A DNA stretch of 32,000 nt from Promethearchaeum syntrophicum (GTDB taxonomy: Archaea; Asgardarchaeota; Lokiarchaeia; Sigyniarchaeales; Promethearchaeaceae): the NCBI RefSeq assembly GCF_008000775.2, contig NZ_CP042905.2:2790001-2822000 (forward strand). The letters are read 5' to 3'. How positions within the stretch are numbered: position 1 is the stretch's first letter; each line of letters starts with the position of its first letter. The notes beneath the pieces are model-generated. The model was given only the letters and a program-made list of their open reading frames with translations. It searched no databases and was not told the DNA's origin. The position numbers and the translations under genes were made by a program. Shown here one piece after another: positions 18,665 to 28,923 of this stretch.

Positions 18665-19525
18665 ATGAATATAAATTCAAAGTCAATAAGTGAGATTATT
18701 AAATCCCGAACTTCGATAAGAACTTTTAATTCTGACCTTCTAGCTAATGAAGATAAGAAAAAAATATTAGATATTTTAAAAGATACTAACCTTAATACTC
18801 CTTTTAATGAACAAGAACAACATTGCAGATTTGAGATTGTGGAATTAGAATCAAAAAGCCCAGAAGAGAAAAGAAAACTTGGAACATATGGATTTATCAC
18901 CGGAGCTAACCAATTTATTATCGGTATAACTCGAAAATCAGAATATGTTAAAGAAGAATTTGGTTATATTTTTGAAAAATTAATACTTGAATTTACCAAG
19001 CAAGGATTTGGTACATGTTGGTTAGGAGGAACATTCAATCGCGAAAATTATGCTAAAATTATTGATATGAAAGAAAATGAATATATTCTCTGTATATCCC
19101 CAATTGGTATTCCTGCAAACTCTCGAAGAATGTCTGATAAATTGATTAGGAATGCAATCAAAGCATCAAAAAGAAAAAAATGGAATACACTCTTTTTTGA
19201 AGATGATTTTTCAATCCCACTAACCAAAAATAATGCAGAAAAATATGCGATTCCTCTTGAAATGCTTAGATTGGCACCATCTGCAGGAAATAAACAACCA
19301 TGGCGTATTTTAAAAGAAAAAAATACAAATACTTTTCACTTCTATTGGAAGATTGGAAAAAATCTGAATTATAATAAGCTCCATAAAATTGATATGGGAA
19401 TTGCAGTGTGTCACTTTGATCTCATGATTCAAGAGATGGATTTAACAGGAAATTGGATAATTAAGCAAGATTCTACATTCAAATTTGATCAATTCAAATA
19501 TGTTATTACTTGGATCGGAGAATAA
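18665..19525 (+). CDS. Nitroreductase-family protein (TM nitroreductase type)
   Basis: 'IIKSRTSIRTFNSDLL', 'GQGFGTCWLGGTFNR'-like 'TKQGFGTCWLGGTFNR', 'LEMLRLAPSAGNKQPWRI', 'DMGIAVCHFDL'. Confidence 0.85.
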   Translation: MNINSKSISEIIKSRTSIRTFNSDLLANEDKKKILDILKDTNLNTPFNEQEQHCRFEIVELESKSPEEKRKLGTYGFITGANQFIIGITRKSEYVKEEFGYIFEKLILEFTKQGFGTCWLGGTFNRENYAKIIDMKENEYILCISPIGIPANSRRMSDKLIRNAIKASKRKKWNTLFFEDDFSIPLTKNNAEKYAIPLEMLRLAPSAGNKQPWRILKEKNTNTFHFYWKIGKNLNYNKLHKIDMGIAVCHFDLMIQEMDLTGNWIIKQDSTFKFDQFKYVITWIGE

Positions 19526-19813
19526 ATTTTTTTAATATTTTTTTAGATTTTAAAGTTGCATTTTATGCAAAAAGTGCCAAAATCACGAGAATTTCTTTTT
19601 CACCATGTTGCAAAAAATGCAAAATGATTAGATTTAAATATTCGAATTTCTTTTACTTATTTGGAATACCTTAAAATCCATTGGGATTTCGGTCTGCATT
19701 AATTTATAGTGGAATAGAGCTTCTCGATAACGATACGGGCCTATTTATAGATTTAACAAATATTATGAAAAATTAGTGGATTTTAGGATACAATAAAGTA
19801 AAGATGAAAAAAA

Positions 19814-20623
19814 ATGGAACAAAAAGAAACAATATTAAACGTTGAGAATCTGGCAAAATCATTTGAAAATGTTCATGCAGTAGATAATTTGTCATTCCAA
19901 ATCAAAAAAGGGGAAATATATGGGCTATTAGGGCCAAACGGTGCAGGAAAAACAACCACAATTAAATTAATTTTAGGTTTACTTGGACCAGATAATGGAA
20001 AAATTGATGTTTTAGGTCTTCATCCAGAACAAGATGAAATTGAATTAAAAAAGAGAATTGGGTATGTATCTGAAGAACCGTTAATTTACAAATCTCTTAC
20101 ACCTAAAGAACTTTTTAACTTCATTGCTTCTATTAGAGATATAAAAGATCCGAATATAACAAAGAAATTAGCACAATATCTTGAGAGTTTTGATGCTATT
20201 GAATATTATAAACGGTTAATCTCAACATTGTCCAGAGGAAATAAGCAAAAAATACAAATAATTGCAGCAATTTTGCATCAACCTGAGATATTAATTATGG
20301 ATGAACCCTTAGCAGGATTAGATGCAAAATCAGTTAAAGTTATAAAAGAAATATTAGAACTTCACACTCAAAGAGGAGGAGCTGTACTTTTCTCCACCCA
20401 TATCATGGAAATCGCAGAAGATTTGTGTGATCGCATAGGGATCATTGCTAGCGGGAAAATGGTTGCCGAGGGAACTATGGAGGAACTCAAAAATCAATCA
20501 AGCTTATTGAAAGAAGATGCTGATTTAGAAGATATTTTCTTACAACTAACAGAACAAGATGAATCAGTGAATGATATTATTAAAAATTTACGCCAAACCA
20601 TGGAAGTTGGGGAAACCGAATAA
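19814..20623 (+). CDS. ABC transporter ATP-binding protein
   Basis: Walker A 'GPNGAGKTTT', signature-region 'LSRGNKQKIQI', Walker B 'LIMDEPLAGLD', 'STHIM' switch. Confidence 0.96.
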   Translation: MEQKETILNVENLAKSFENVHAVDNLSFQIKKGEIYGLLGPNGAGKTTTIKLILGLLGPDNGKIDVLGLHPEQDEIELKKRIGYVSEEPLIYKSLTPKELFNFIASIRDIKDPNITKKLAQYLESFDAIEYYKRLISTLSRGNKQKIQIIAAILHQPEILIMDEPLAGLDAKSVKVIKEILELHTQRGGAVLFSTHIMEIAEDLCDRIGIIASGKMVAEGTMEELKNQSSLLKEDADLEDIFLQLTEQDESVNDIIKNLRQTMEVGETE

Positions 20624-20640
20624 AGGTGGAGGATGTCAAG

Positions 20641-22308
20641 ATGAGCACTAATCTATTATTCCGTATTTCAAAATACCCATATCAAGAAGCCTTTTTGGAA
20701 TCTCAAATGGCCATGGCCGGATCTAATCAGTCCAAATTTATGGAAGATATGAAATCAAACAGAAATCATGTCAAACAGATGAGCTTTTTCACAAAAATTA
20801 TGGTTTCTATGTTTTTAGCAATGATGATCTTAATTCCGATTCAAACTTTTCAGACTTTGGAAATTGCAAGAACGTATGGTGTACCGAATACTTGGATAAC
20901 CTTTACCGGAGGGGCGCTAATTTCAATATTCATGGTTGTTGAGACGATATATTTAATTTCAATTAGTCTTTTTACAGCATCTAGTTTTTTCTCGGGAGAA
21001 ACTTATTTATGGTTGAGAACTCTTCCTATCAAAAAGCGAGATATGGGTAAGATCAGCTTGTTTGCGTTTTTCCGAGGAATTGATATCCAAATCTACGTAA
21101 TTATATTAATTTTTCCAATTGCAACGATAATTGCAACGCAAAACATTCTTTTGATGTGTTTAAGCTTACTATTATCATTTCTGCAAGCGTCATTCAGCTT
21201 TAGTTTATTGGTAATTTTGGGAGAAAAAATCAATCGAGTGTTAAAAATTAATGATGCAAATACTAAAAAAAGTAATTTTATTCGCATTTTCGTCCTTAGT
21301 TTGTACTTTATCAGTTTAACAGTGGTTATGATTGGAATTATGACACTTCTACCTCAAATTCCAGCGATGATGTTTGCTGAAGATCATTTTATAGTCACAG
21401 ACACTATGAATCATATCATTCGAGCAATTCCTTATCCATTTAACAGTTCTTATATTATTACAGAACTTTTTCTGGGATACTCAAACTCATCTTCCCTCTA
21501 TCTAATTACAGCCATCATAGGATTTATCTTATTTATCCTTGTGGATTGGTTTCTATTTAAAAAAGCATTAAAAAAGCTAGAATTAGCTTCCGGAGAAATT
21601 AAATTGCCAAAGAAAGTCATTGATGATACAAAATTTTCGGATGTGAGTGTTCGTCGGACAACACCAGTTCAAGCCTTTTTCAATAAAGATAAAAAACTGG
21701 TAACTCGAGATATGCAAGTGATTACAGGTGTATTACTTCCAATAATGTATGGATTTTTTGGGGGAATAGCAGGGGGAATGGATTATATGGTATTTTCAGC
21801 TGCATTCTTAATTTATATCTTTTTAAAAACTGAATCAAATGGTGGAGCAATTTTAGCTTCTTTACCATATAAGACGCGAGATCAGGCAAAAGCAAAACTA
21901 ATTTGGCCCTTTATTTTAACTCCAATAAGTTCTATAATGACGTTGGGCATAGCTTTATTAAGGGGTGAGTTTCAAGATTACATCACTACAGAAATAATGG
22001 TATATCGGTTTTTAATATTAGTTGCTCTTGGTCCGATATTATCTGTATTAATCCTTGAATATAAAGTAAGAATGTTTGGTAAATTAAAATATAAATACGT
22101 ATTGGATGAAGTAAATAAAAGCAATTCAATAATTAAATGGGGAATTTTAATTATTGGGGCGCTTGCACTCCATTTTCTAATTTTTATTGGATCAGAAAAT
22201 ATCTTTGAATCTTATGGTATACAAGGATTAGCTCTAATATTTATTCCGATAGAGATTGTTCTGAGTATAATTTCCTATTATATCTTTAATAGGATGTTTC
22301 CTAAGTAA
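20641..22308 (+). CDS. ABC-2-like transporter permease
   Basis: Large hydrophobic ORF, 17 nt downstream of ATPase gene; ATG 20641 preceded by GGTGGAGG. Confidence 0.85.
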   Translation: MSTNLLFRISKYPYQEAFLESQMAMAGSNQSKFMEDMKSNRNHVKQMSFFTKIMVSMFLAMMILIPIQTFQTLEIARTYGVPNTWITFTGGALISIFMVVETIYLISISLFTASSFFSGETYLWLRTLPIKKRDMGKISLFAFFRGIDIQIYVIILIFPIATIIATQNILLMCLSLLLSFLQASFSFSLLVILGEKINRVLKINDANTKKSNFIRIFVLSLYFISLTVVMIGIMTLLPQIPAMMFAEDHFIVTDTMNHIIRAIPYPFNSSYIITELFLGYSNSSSLYLITAIIGFILFILVDWFLFKKALKKLELASGEIKLPKKVIDDTKFSDVSVRRTTPVQAFFNKDKKLVTRDMQVITGVLLPIMYGFFGGIAGGMDYMVFSAAFLIYIFLKTESNGGAILASLPYKTRDQAKAKLIWPFILTPISSIMTLGIALLRGEFQDYITTEIMVYRFLILVALGPILSVLILEYKVRMFGKLKYKYVLDEVNKSNSIIKWGILIIGALALHFLIFIGSENIFESYGIQGLALIFIPIEIVLSIISYYIFNRMFPK

Positions 22309-22349
22309 AAGAAACTTGATTAGGATTTTTTTTAATAATAATAAGACGG

Positions 22350-22550
22350 TTGAAAAAAAAAATGTTCAAAAATAAAAGAAAAGAAATCATTGGGGATATT
22401 TATGCCAATGGAGATTATCAATCTCAACAATTGCAGAAAGAAAATTCAAAAAATGAAAAAAAATCGAGAAGAAAACTCTTCTTTATGATATTAATGCTTG
22501 GTTTGGTAATTTTTCAAATAGTTGGACTTCTAATATTAAAAAATAGCTAA
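22350..22550 (+). CDS. Small single-TM protein
   Basis: Basic N-terminus then 'KLFFMILMLGLVIFQIVGLLILKNS'; co-oriented in ABC cluster. Confidence 0.5.
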   Translation: MKKKMFKNKRKEIIGDIYANGDYQSQQLQKENSKNEKKSRRKLFFMILMLGLVIFQIVGLLILKNS

Positions 22551-22607
22551 TAAGTTCTTTGAAAAATCTCAAAACTTTTTTTCAATTAATAATATTTCTA
22601 CTAAAAG

Positions 22608-22970
22608 GTGATGATCTTTAGCGAAGATAAAACTAAAGCGGGAAATCAGCAGAAAATGCTCAAATCTAATGGAAAAATCCCAGGCGAACTAAAGGCAGAG
22701 ATGATCGTCACCAATCCTCAAGACATTCCCACACTATTGCATGAAAAGAAATGGGAAATTTTACAAATTCTTATCGATCATGAAAAAACTATTCGGCAAT
22801 TAAGTGAAGATTTGAAAATAAATCCAGGAACAATAAAAAGATTCATTATTGATCTGGAAAATCGACAGTTTATTGAACAATCAAGAAAAATTAAAAATGA
22901 ATATGGAATAACGTTAAAGTTCTATCGAGCTACAGCGAAAAAATATATAATTCATTTGGAATTACCTTGA
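22608..22970 (+). CDS. Winged-helix (ArsR-like) transcriptional regulator
   Basis: 'LLHEKKWEILQILIDHEKTIRQLSEDLKINPGTIKRFIIDLENRQFIEQSR'. Confidence 0.8.
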   Translation: MMIFSEDKTKAGNQQKMLKSNGKIPGELKAEMIVTNPQDIPTLLHEKKWEILQILIDHEKTIRQLSEDLKINPGTIKRFIIDLENRQFIEQSRKIKNEYGITLKFYRATAKKYIIHLELP

Positions 22971-23021
22971 TAGTAATATATAAAAGTTAAAATATAATTA
23001 GAACAATGGAAGATATCATAT

Positions 23022-23843
23022 ATGGAAACTGCATCAAAGCCAGATAATGAGACTATATTGGATTTCAAGATATGCTGGAAACTATATAAAGCGAATTTTA
23101 AAACTTATCTCAAATATTCCCTATTTATATTTTTCATACAGTTAATAGTTTCTCTAATTGTCAATATCGGCGTTGTATCTTTATTAATTGGAGTTTTTAA
23201 AGTAAACCCTTTTGAAATCGTTGAAATTTTAATTTGGGTGATAATCCCAACTACTGTTTTACTGTATGCACTACAAGGCGCATTTTATGGATTAGCCTAT
23301 GATATAATGTCAACAGGAGATGAATTTGCAGAATTTAGAGGCGCATTTAGGTATTTTCGTAAATATTATTGGCAATATACAATCATTACACTTTTAACAA
23401 GCAGTCCTGCATTTATCATTATAATAAATCTCTCTTCTTTACTAGATATTTCACCTTATAATGTAGAAACCATCTTATTGAATTCTTTAGGAGGAATTTT
23501 TATATTTATTTTATTATTTCTTTGGTCACTTGTATTTATGATGACTTTTCCTTCAATAACGGCTCAAGGTTCAATTTCTAGAAGTTTTAAAGAAAATTTT
23601 AAAATCTTAAGGAGAAATTTTAAAAGAATTTTCTTATCATTTGGTTTGAATTTCCTACTCTTTTTGATGCCATTTTATATTGCGACTCTTCTTCAATTCA
23701 TTGTTTTCCCAATAGCGGATTCGCCTTTACGTATTACCCTAATGGGAATCGCACTAGTGTTCGGTATCATTTCCTATGTGATTGCAGCACCTCTAAATAC
23801 TCTAATAGCGACACGAATCTATAATACTCAAAATGAATCATAA
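23022..23843 (+). CDS. Multi-pass membrane protein, unknown
   Basis: 273-aa ORF with about six hydrophobic segments. Confidence 0.75.
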   Translation: METASKPDNETILDFKICWKLYKANFKTYLKYSLFIFFIQLIVSLIVNIGVVSLLIGVFKVNPFEIVEILIWVIIPTTVLLYALQGAFYGLAYDIMSTGDEFAEFRGAFRYFRKYYWQYTIITLLTSSPAFIIIINLSSLLDISPYNVETILLNSLGGIFIFILLFLWSLVFMMTFPSITAQGSISRSFKENFKILRRNFKRIFLSFGLNFLLFLMPFYIATLLQFIVFPIADSPLRITLMGIALVFGIISYVIAAPLNTLIATRIYNTQNES

Positions 23844-24167
23844 CTCTCATATTATTTTATTTTAAACAAATAGTGTAGAAATGATGTGATTTTGCCATGA
23901 AATGTTATTGATCTACTCCGATTGTTAAATGATGATTTCTACCAAATGCATTTTCTATAACAAATTTGTCTAGACTTACTGGGACAATATAATGGAAATT
24001 ATTCAAATCTGTCGATGAATATTCATTCATAATTAATTTCTGATCATAAAATTGAATACAAATGAGCAAAACTGAGGTTTACTGGCGATTAATATTTAGG
24101 TAAGATCCAACATAAATTGTATGAACAAAAATTTTTTTTGTTGTTAGTTAGGGAGATAGATAAAAAC

Positions 24168-27100
24168 ATGAAAAAAAAAACATTTACCATTTTCATCTTA
24201 ATGGTTCTAACATTTTCCATGGCTTTTAGCAGTTATACGCCAAAAAATAATGCTGTGGAAAATTCAATTGAACCAATTTCAGCAGACCCCCCAACTGGCG
24301 CAATTCTTATTGTAGACGATGCGCTGTATTATAATGTCGTTATGGAAGGGTATGATGAAATGGATGATAGATATTATGAGGATAATGCTGTAGTAAAATT
24401 GGTTGTAAATGCAACCGGAGTTGACTACATCACATATATGCCTTATTTCTATAAATTTGATGGTACTAACTGGGCTTGGGAAGAAGATCCCTCTGAGGAT
24501 GAAGATCCCCATATGAAGGATGATTATAATTATTTAGCGTATAATCATTCATGGAGCGTCGCGACTGATGTCGGCGAAATGTATGATGTTAATCAAACTG
24601 AAGATATTGAAGGTAAATTTGCATCTGATATGAATTCTTCGGTAGTAACCGCAGACTTCTCTACTGGGGCAGATACATACCACAATATTACCTTATCTTG
24701 TGATAGGGATGATAATTCATCAACCCCTGTTTTTGTTGAATGGATTGGAAATAAAACAACTGGATTATGCGTATCCTACACAGAAACGGGAATTGACGAT
24801 AATATCACAGCGGAATTATGTGGATATGAGATTGTTGATTCATTATCAACCGGATTATTGACGGTACCAACATCTTTTGGATTTGCAGAAGGAGATTGGA
24901 TCGACTATTTCGTTCCTGAAAATGAAAGATATGACGAACCTCCATCATCTTCAGGTGATGCATCATTTGATGATTGGCTTGAACGGGGGAATGATGATTG
25001 GACAACAGCTTTTCACCTAAATGATGAATTTGAAGTTCCTGGGCACTGGCACGAACTTTCATTGCATAATAATTTTGATTATTACAGTTTCTATGCATAT
25101 AATGGGGATAATATTAATGTTGATGCATGGTGTGAAGATGGTGCAGATATCACTTTAGAAGAAATTGATTCAGGAAATGGAAATATTATTCAATATGATC
25201 ATGAAGATGGTGATAGTGACGGTGAAATGCATATAAGTTGGACAGCCACATTTGATGGTTATTATATGATTGGTTTTACTAGCCAATCAGGTCCATTTGA
25301 TGATAGATATGATTTCCAAATCTCAATCGATGGAGATGGTGGTCCAGCTTATTTCCCCGAAGATGGTTCTGATCACCATGATGGTCCTGAAAGCATGTTC
25401 ATCCACCAAACGATAGAATACCTCTATACAAATCCACTTGGAGAAGAAGTGTTAATTGTTAAATCTGAAGGTCATAAAGATGCGGATATGATGGATACTC
25501 CGTTATTCGTGGATTATCGAGAACAAGGAAGAATTGATCCTGATAATATAAATATAATTGATGGTCCATATTTCCACAAAGATTTAGATATGAATCATCC
25601 AGATTTTAAAACTTCAATGCAAGATTTACTTTCTGAGGATGGAACTTCAACTTCTACTTTCTATAATACTACAAATTGGGTTGAATTAACAGGAGTTACT
25701 GATGAGGGTGCGGATTTCTATTTCTTTGTTGAACGATTCCCAGATCATAATTATGGAGCTATTCAATATTACGAGCAAAGTGAATTCAATACCACAGAAG
25801 ATTATTTTATTAAAAAAGATAAAAACATAGCAATTGATAGTTCAATTTCTGGATTAATTAATGATACGGTTGGTCCTGAATTGGGGGTAGCTGTGGGAGA
25901 TTACTGGACGTATCTTGCTCAAGAATCTGGCTATGAGAATTCTTGGGATGAATATGGAGGATATGACAGGAGTTATGATAATTTACATTATGTAACCATA
26001 ACTGTGACTCACATTTTCCATGCAAATAGAACGGTGGTTGCAGTTATTGGAGAGATGGAACATTGGTCAAATGATGACCCAGATTATCCAGATCGGAGAG
26101 AATTTCAACCAATTTTGGTTTGGGATACTGAAGATCCAATGTCATTCTTTACCTATGGCGGTCATGGTCAAATGCAAGATGGTCCTCCCTTCCTTTTACC
26201 AGCGGGAGTTGATTGGTCATTACATGAAAGTGAATTTGGCACACTGATGGAAGAGGCTAACACATATAAAATAAATATAGATCCAAATTCAATTAGAGTC
26301 TCATGGGAAGGTGACCCGGAGAGCGAGTATTATGAGTCGGGAAGAGTCTTTTTGGATGTAAATAGTGATGGAGTTGTAACCCATATATCTCAAGATAGTG
26401 AGGAAAGAAAACCAGATTATAAACGCCGTAATAGATTAGAAGGATTTGCAACTTATATCTCAACAGGATGTGCAGAAATTTTAGCTTCAACTGTTACCGA
26501 GGTGGTTACGGGTGATCAATTTATTTGGGAAAATCAACGATATTCTCCAGCAGGGTCTTGGGGTTCAGATGATCCTGGTAGTGATCCAAATAACTACACT
26601 CATATAAGAGATAATATATTGACTGTCGAAGAAACTTGTGGTGAATTCATCGTTTTCATAGGTGCAAGAGAATATCGAAATTGGGATCAAACCGATTATC
26701 ATGGGAATACATGGAAATATTGGGATGAAGCGCTTGGAGATTATGTAGATACAGAAATAAATCAATGGCTTCTCGGATCAATTCAAGATGCAAATATCTG
26801 GTCTTGGATGAATTCACAATATTTCGATATTGGATTAGCGAATTTTTCAGGGTATGAAATAGAACTAGCCGAATTGCTCAATTTTGCAATAGATGATATA
26901 CCAGATGGCTATTCAATCCATCCAACCGATATAACAGTTGATGGATTAACCTTTGAATTATTATTCAACTATGAAGAAAGTCCTGGAGTAACGATATCTC
27001 ATGTAATGAAATTTGCCGTTAATAATAAGGGAATTATGCAAGAAATGTTCATGGGTATAAAAGATAGTGCAGATAATTGGCTAGAATGGGAATATACTGT

Positions 27101-27287
27101 ATTAATTAGTGCACCTAGTGGATATGATGTAGGGAATGTGTTTGATGGTCTTCCTGTTGAAGATATTCACGGGCTCCAAGGATCTGGATTTGAGATTCCA
27201 GGATATTCAGGTGCGTTTTTAGTTATTGCGAGTGTATTTGGAATTTTTAGTTTATTAGCTTTAATTTCAAATCGACGTAGATTTTAA
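24168..27287 (+). CDS. Large secreted, Asp-rich protein with PPC-like domain and C-terminal membrane anchor/sorting-like signal
   Basis: Signal peptide MKKKTFTIFILMVLTFSMAFS after GGGAGAT; 'FDYYSFYAYNGDNINVDAWCEDGADITLEEIDSG...GYYMIGFTSQSG' PPC-like; C-terminus 'PGYSGAFLVIASVFGIFSLLALISNRRRF'. Confidence 0.85.
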   Translation: MKKKTFTIFILMVLTFSMAFSSYTPKNNAVENSIEPISADPPTGAILIVDDALYYNVVMEGYDEMDDRYYEDNAVVKLVVNATGVDYITYMPYFYKFDGTNWAWEEDPSEDEDPHMKDDYNYLAYNHSWSVATDVGEMYDVNQTEDIEGKFASDMNSSVVTADFSTGADTYHNITLSCDRDDNSSTPVFVEWIGNKTTGLCVSYTETGIDDNITAELCGYEIVDSLSTGLLTVPTSFGFAEGDWIDYFVPENERYDEPPSSSGDASFDDWLERGNDDWTTAFHLNDEFEVPGHWHELSLHNNFDYYSFYAYNGDNINVDAWCEDGADITLEEIDSGNGNIIQYDHEDGDSDGEMHISWTATFDGYYMIGFTSQSGPFDDRYDFQISIDGDGGPAYFPEDGSDHHDGPESMFIHQTIEYLYTNPLGEEVLIVKSEGHKDADMMDTPLFVDYREQGRIDPDNINIIDGPYFHKDLDMNHPDFKTSMQDLLSEDGTSTSTFYNTTNWVELTGVTDEGADFYFFVERFPDHNYGAIQYYEQSEFNTTEDYFIKKDKNIAIDSSISGLINDTVGPELGVAVGDYWTYLAQESGYENSWDEYGGYDRSYDNLHYVTITVTHIFHANRTVVAVIGEMEHWSNDDPDYPDRREFQPILVWDTEDPMSFFTYGGHGQMQDGPPFLLPAGVDWSLHESEFGTLMEEANTYKINIDPNSIRVSWEGDPESEYYESGRVFLDVNSDGVVTHISQDSEERKPDYKRRNRLEGFATYISTGCAEILASTVTEVVTGDQFIWENQRYSPAGSWGSDDPGSDPNNYTHIRDNILTVEETCGEFIVFIGAREYRNWDQTDYHGNTWKYWDEALGDYVDTEINQWLLGSIQDANIWSWMNSQYFDIGLANFSGYEIELAELLNFAIDDIPDGYSIHPTDITVDGLTFELLFNYEESPGVTISHVMKFAVNNKGIMQEMFMGIKDSADNWLEWEYTVLISAPSGYDVGNVFDGLPVEDIHGLQGSGFEIPGYSGAFLVIASVFGIFSLLALISNRRRF

Positions 27288-27297
27288 TTCTAAAAAT

Positions 27298-28668
27298 CTA
27301 TATTTTTTTTTTCTTTTCATTTGGTTCTACTATTTCTTTTAAATCAATTTCTTTTATTCCATTATTTCTTTCATGTAATTCTTTGGTTCTTAGTTTCAAT
27401 ATTCTTTGAATCCTTGCTACATCAGAATTTATGAATTTTAGGGCTAAAATCCATAGAAATGCCCCAGGAATTCCTAATAGTAACGTGATCCATGCTGCTT
27501 CAAAATAATTCCCTTCATTCACACTTAAAATATATCCTGCAATAACAGGGCCTAAGCCATTCGCAATGGTTTCCAGAAATTGTCCCCATGAAGAGACTGT
27601 TCCTTGTGCTTCTGGCAAATTTATGGCTTGAATAATAGGGTTTTGGTTCACATTATAGATACCAAGTACGGCGCGAATCGTAAAGATAATCAATCCAAAC
27701 ATCCAACCAGATGGATAAGAGAATAAAAGAATGATATTATTGCCTTCTTCAGGAGTGAGAGGTTGTAATGGGATTACGAATACTAAAACAATTGAAATAA
27801 ATAAGGTAATTATCGAGAAGATAATTAAGATGACTCTCCATTTGATATTTCTTTTGCCAAAGGTATCGGAGATTTTTCCAAACACAATGCCTCCAAAAAT
27901 AGCGCCAGGCATTCCAAAAATAATCATTAGAATTCCGTTTGCAATGGGTGAAATATTATAGGGTTCACTCTGAAGGTAGGGATATATCATATATAGAGCG
28001 ATTGCAAATATTAACCAAGTAAAAATACCCTCAATGAAAGCGATTATATTTGTGGGGGAAAATATTGTTGATTTTACCGTTTTTGCATTTAATTGGTATT
28101 CATAAACAATATCGGTGGAATTAAGTAAATTTGACAAATCTTTTTGAGAATTTTGCCCTCTTTTTGGTTCTTTTAAGTATATCCATAAGATAATCATGAT
28201 GATGAATAAAATGCTTCCAGCAATCCAGAAATATAATTTCCAATAGCCAAATTGGAACAGAATGGCACTCAAAATCGTACCAAATGTTGCCCCAACCTGT
28301 CGACTTGATTCTTGGATCCCAAAAAACCGAGATCGTTTTTCTTTGGATAATGCATCATTTGTATAGGAAAGAATGATCGGTTCAATGCCACCTAAACCCA
28401 ATCCAGTTAAGCTAAAACAGAATAGAAAATAACCATAGCTAATGGGCTCTCCCATTGGGGCAAAGGCATTCAAAAATCGTCCGGCAGCAATTAAAAAAAC
28501 CATGATTAGAAGTAAAAATTTCCTTGAAAACTTATCAGCTAATCTACCAATCAACAACCCCGAAACTGCCATGCCCCATGTTCTTGTTCCAATTAAGATC
28601 CCCATTTCAAGCGGATAAAAAGTTTGATCTTGCCAAATTATATCAGATAGTACCAACATATTAAGCAT
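27298..28668 (-). CDS. MFS transporter
   Basis: About 12 TM segments; 'GRLADKFSRKFLLLIMVFLIAAGR', 'GKISDTFGKRNIKWR'. Confidence 0.9.
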   Translation of the reverse strand: MLNMLVLSDIIWQDQTFYPLEMGILIGTRTWGMAVSGLLIGRLADKFSRKFLLLIMVFLIAAGRFLNAFAPMGEPISYGYFLFCFSLTGLGLGGIEPIILSYTNDALSKEKRSRFFGIQESSRQVGATFGTILSAILFQFGYWKLYFWIAGSILFIIMIILWIYLKEPKRGQNSQKDLSNLLNSTDIVYEYQLNAKTVKSTIFSPTNIIAFIEGIFTWLIFAIALYMIYPYLQSEPYNISPIANGILMIIFGMPGAIFGGIVFGKISDTFGKRNIKWRVILIIFSIITLFISIVLVFVIPLQPLTPEEGNNIILLFSYPSGWMFGLIIFTIRAVLGIYNVNQNPIIQAINLPEAQGTVSSWGQFLETIANGLGPVIAGYILSVNEGNYFEAAWITLLLGIPGAFLWILALKFINSDVARIQRILKLRTKELHERNNGIKEIDLKEIVEPNEKKKKI

Positions 28669-28923
28669 TATGCCGGCAACCGCGATTGCGATAAGAAAAC
28701 GAAGAATATATATCGGCCATACAATAAAAGGGGTTTCTTTTGCTGAGGTGTCTGATTCATTTATTTTATGAGGGGTTGATTTTTTAATAAGTATAAAGCA
28801 CCAAGTTAAAGTAGTAAAAAGATTTGGGAGATATTTACTTAAATCTAGACAAGGTTAAAAGAATTTTTTTCATTGAATCATAAAAAAAAAATTTACATTC
28901 ATAATCTAAATTACGTTTGTGAA

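Noticed and set aside
23870-24060. TGATGA/CTGA elements considered as a box C/D sRNA upstream of the large secreted gene
   Set aside because: C-like and D-like boxes are over 100 nt apart with no C'/D' pair or terminal stem.
24279-26765. Several short ORFs antisense or out of frame to the large secreted protein
   Set aside because: All lie within a long single coding frame with signal peptide and C-terminal anchor.
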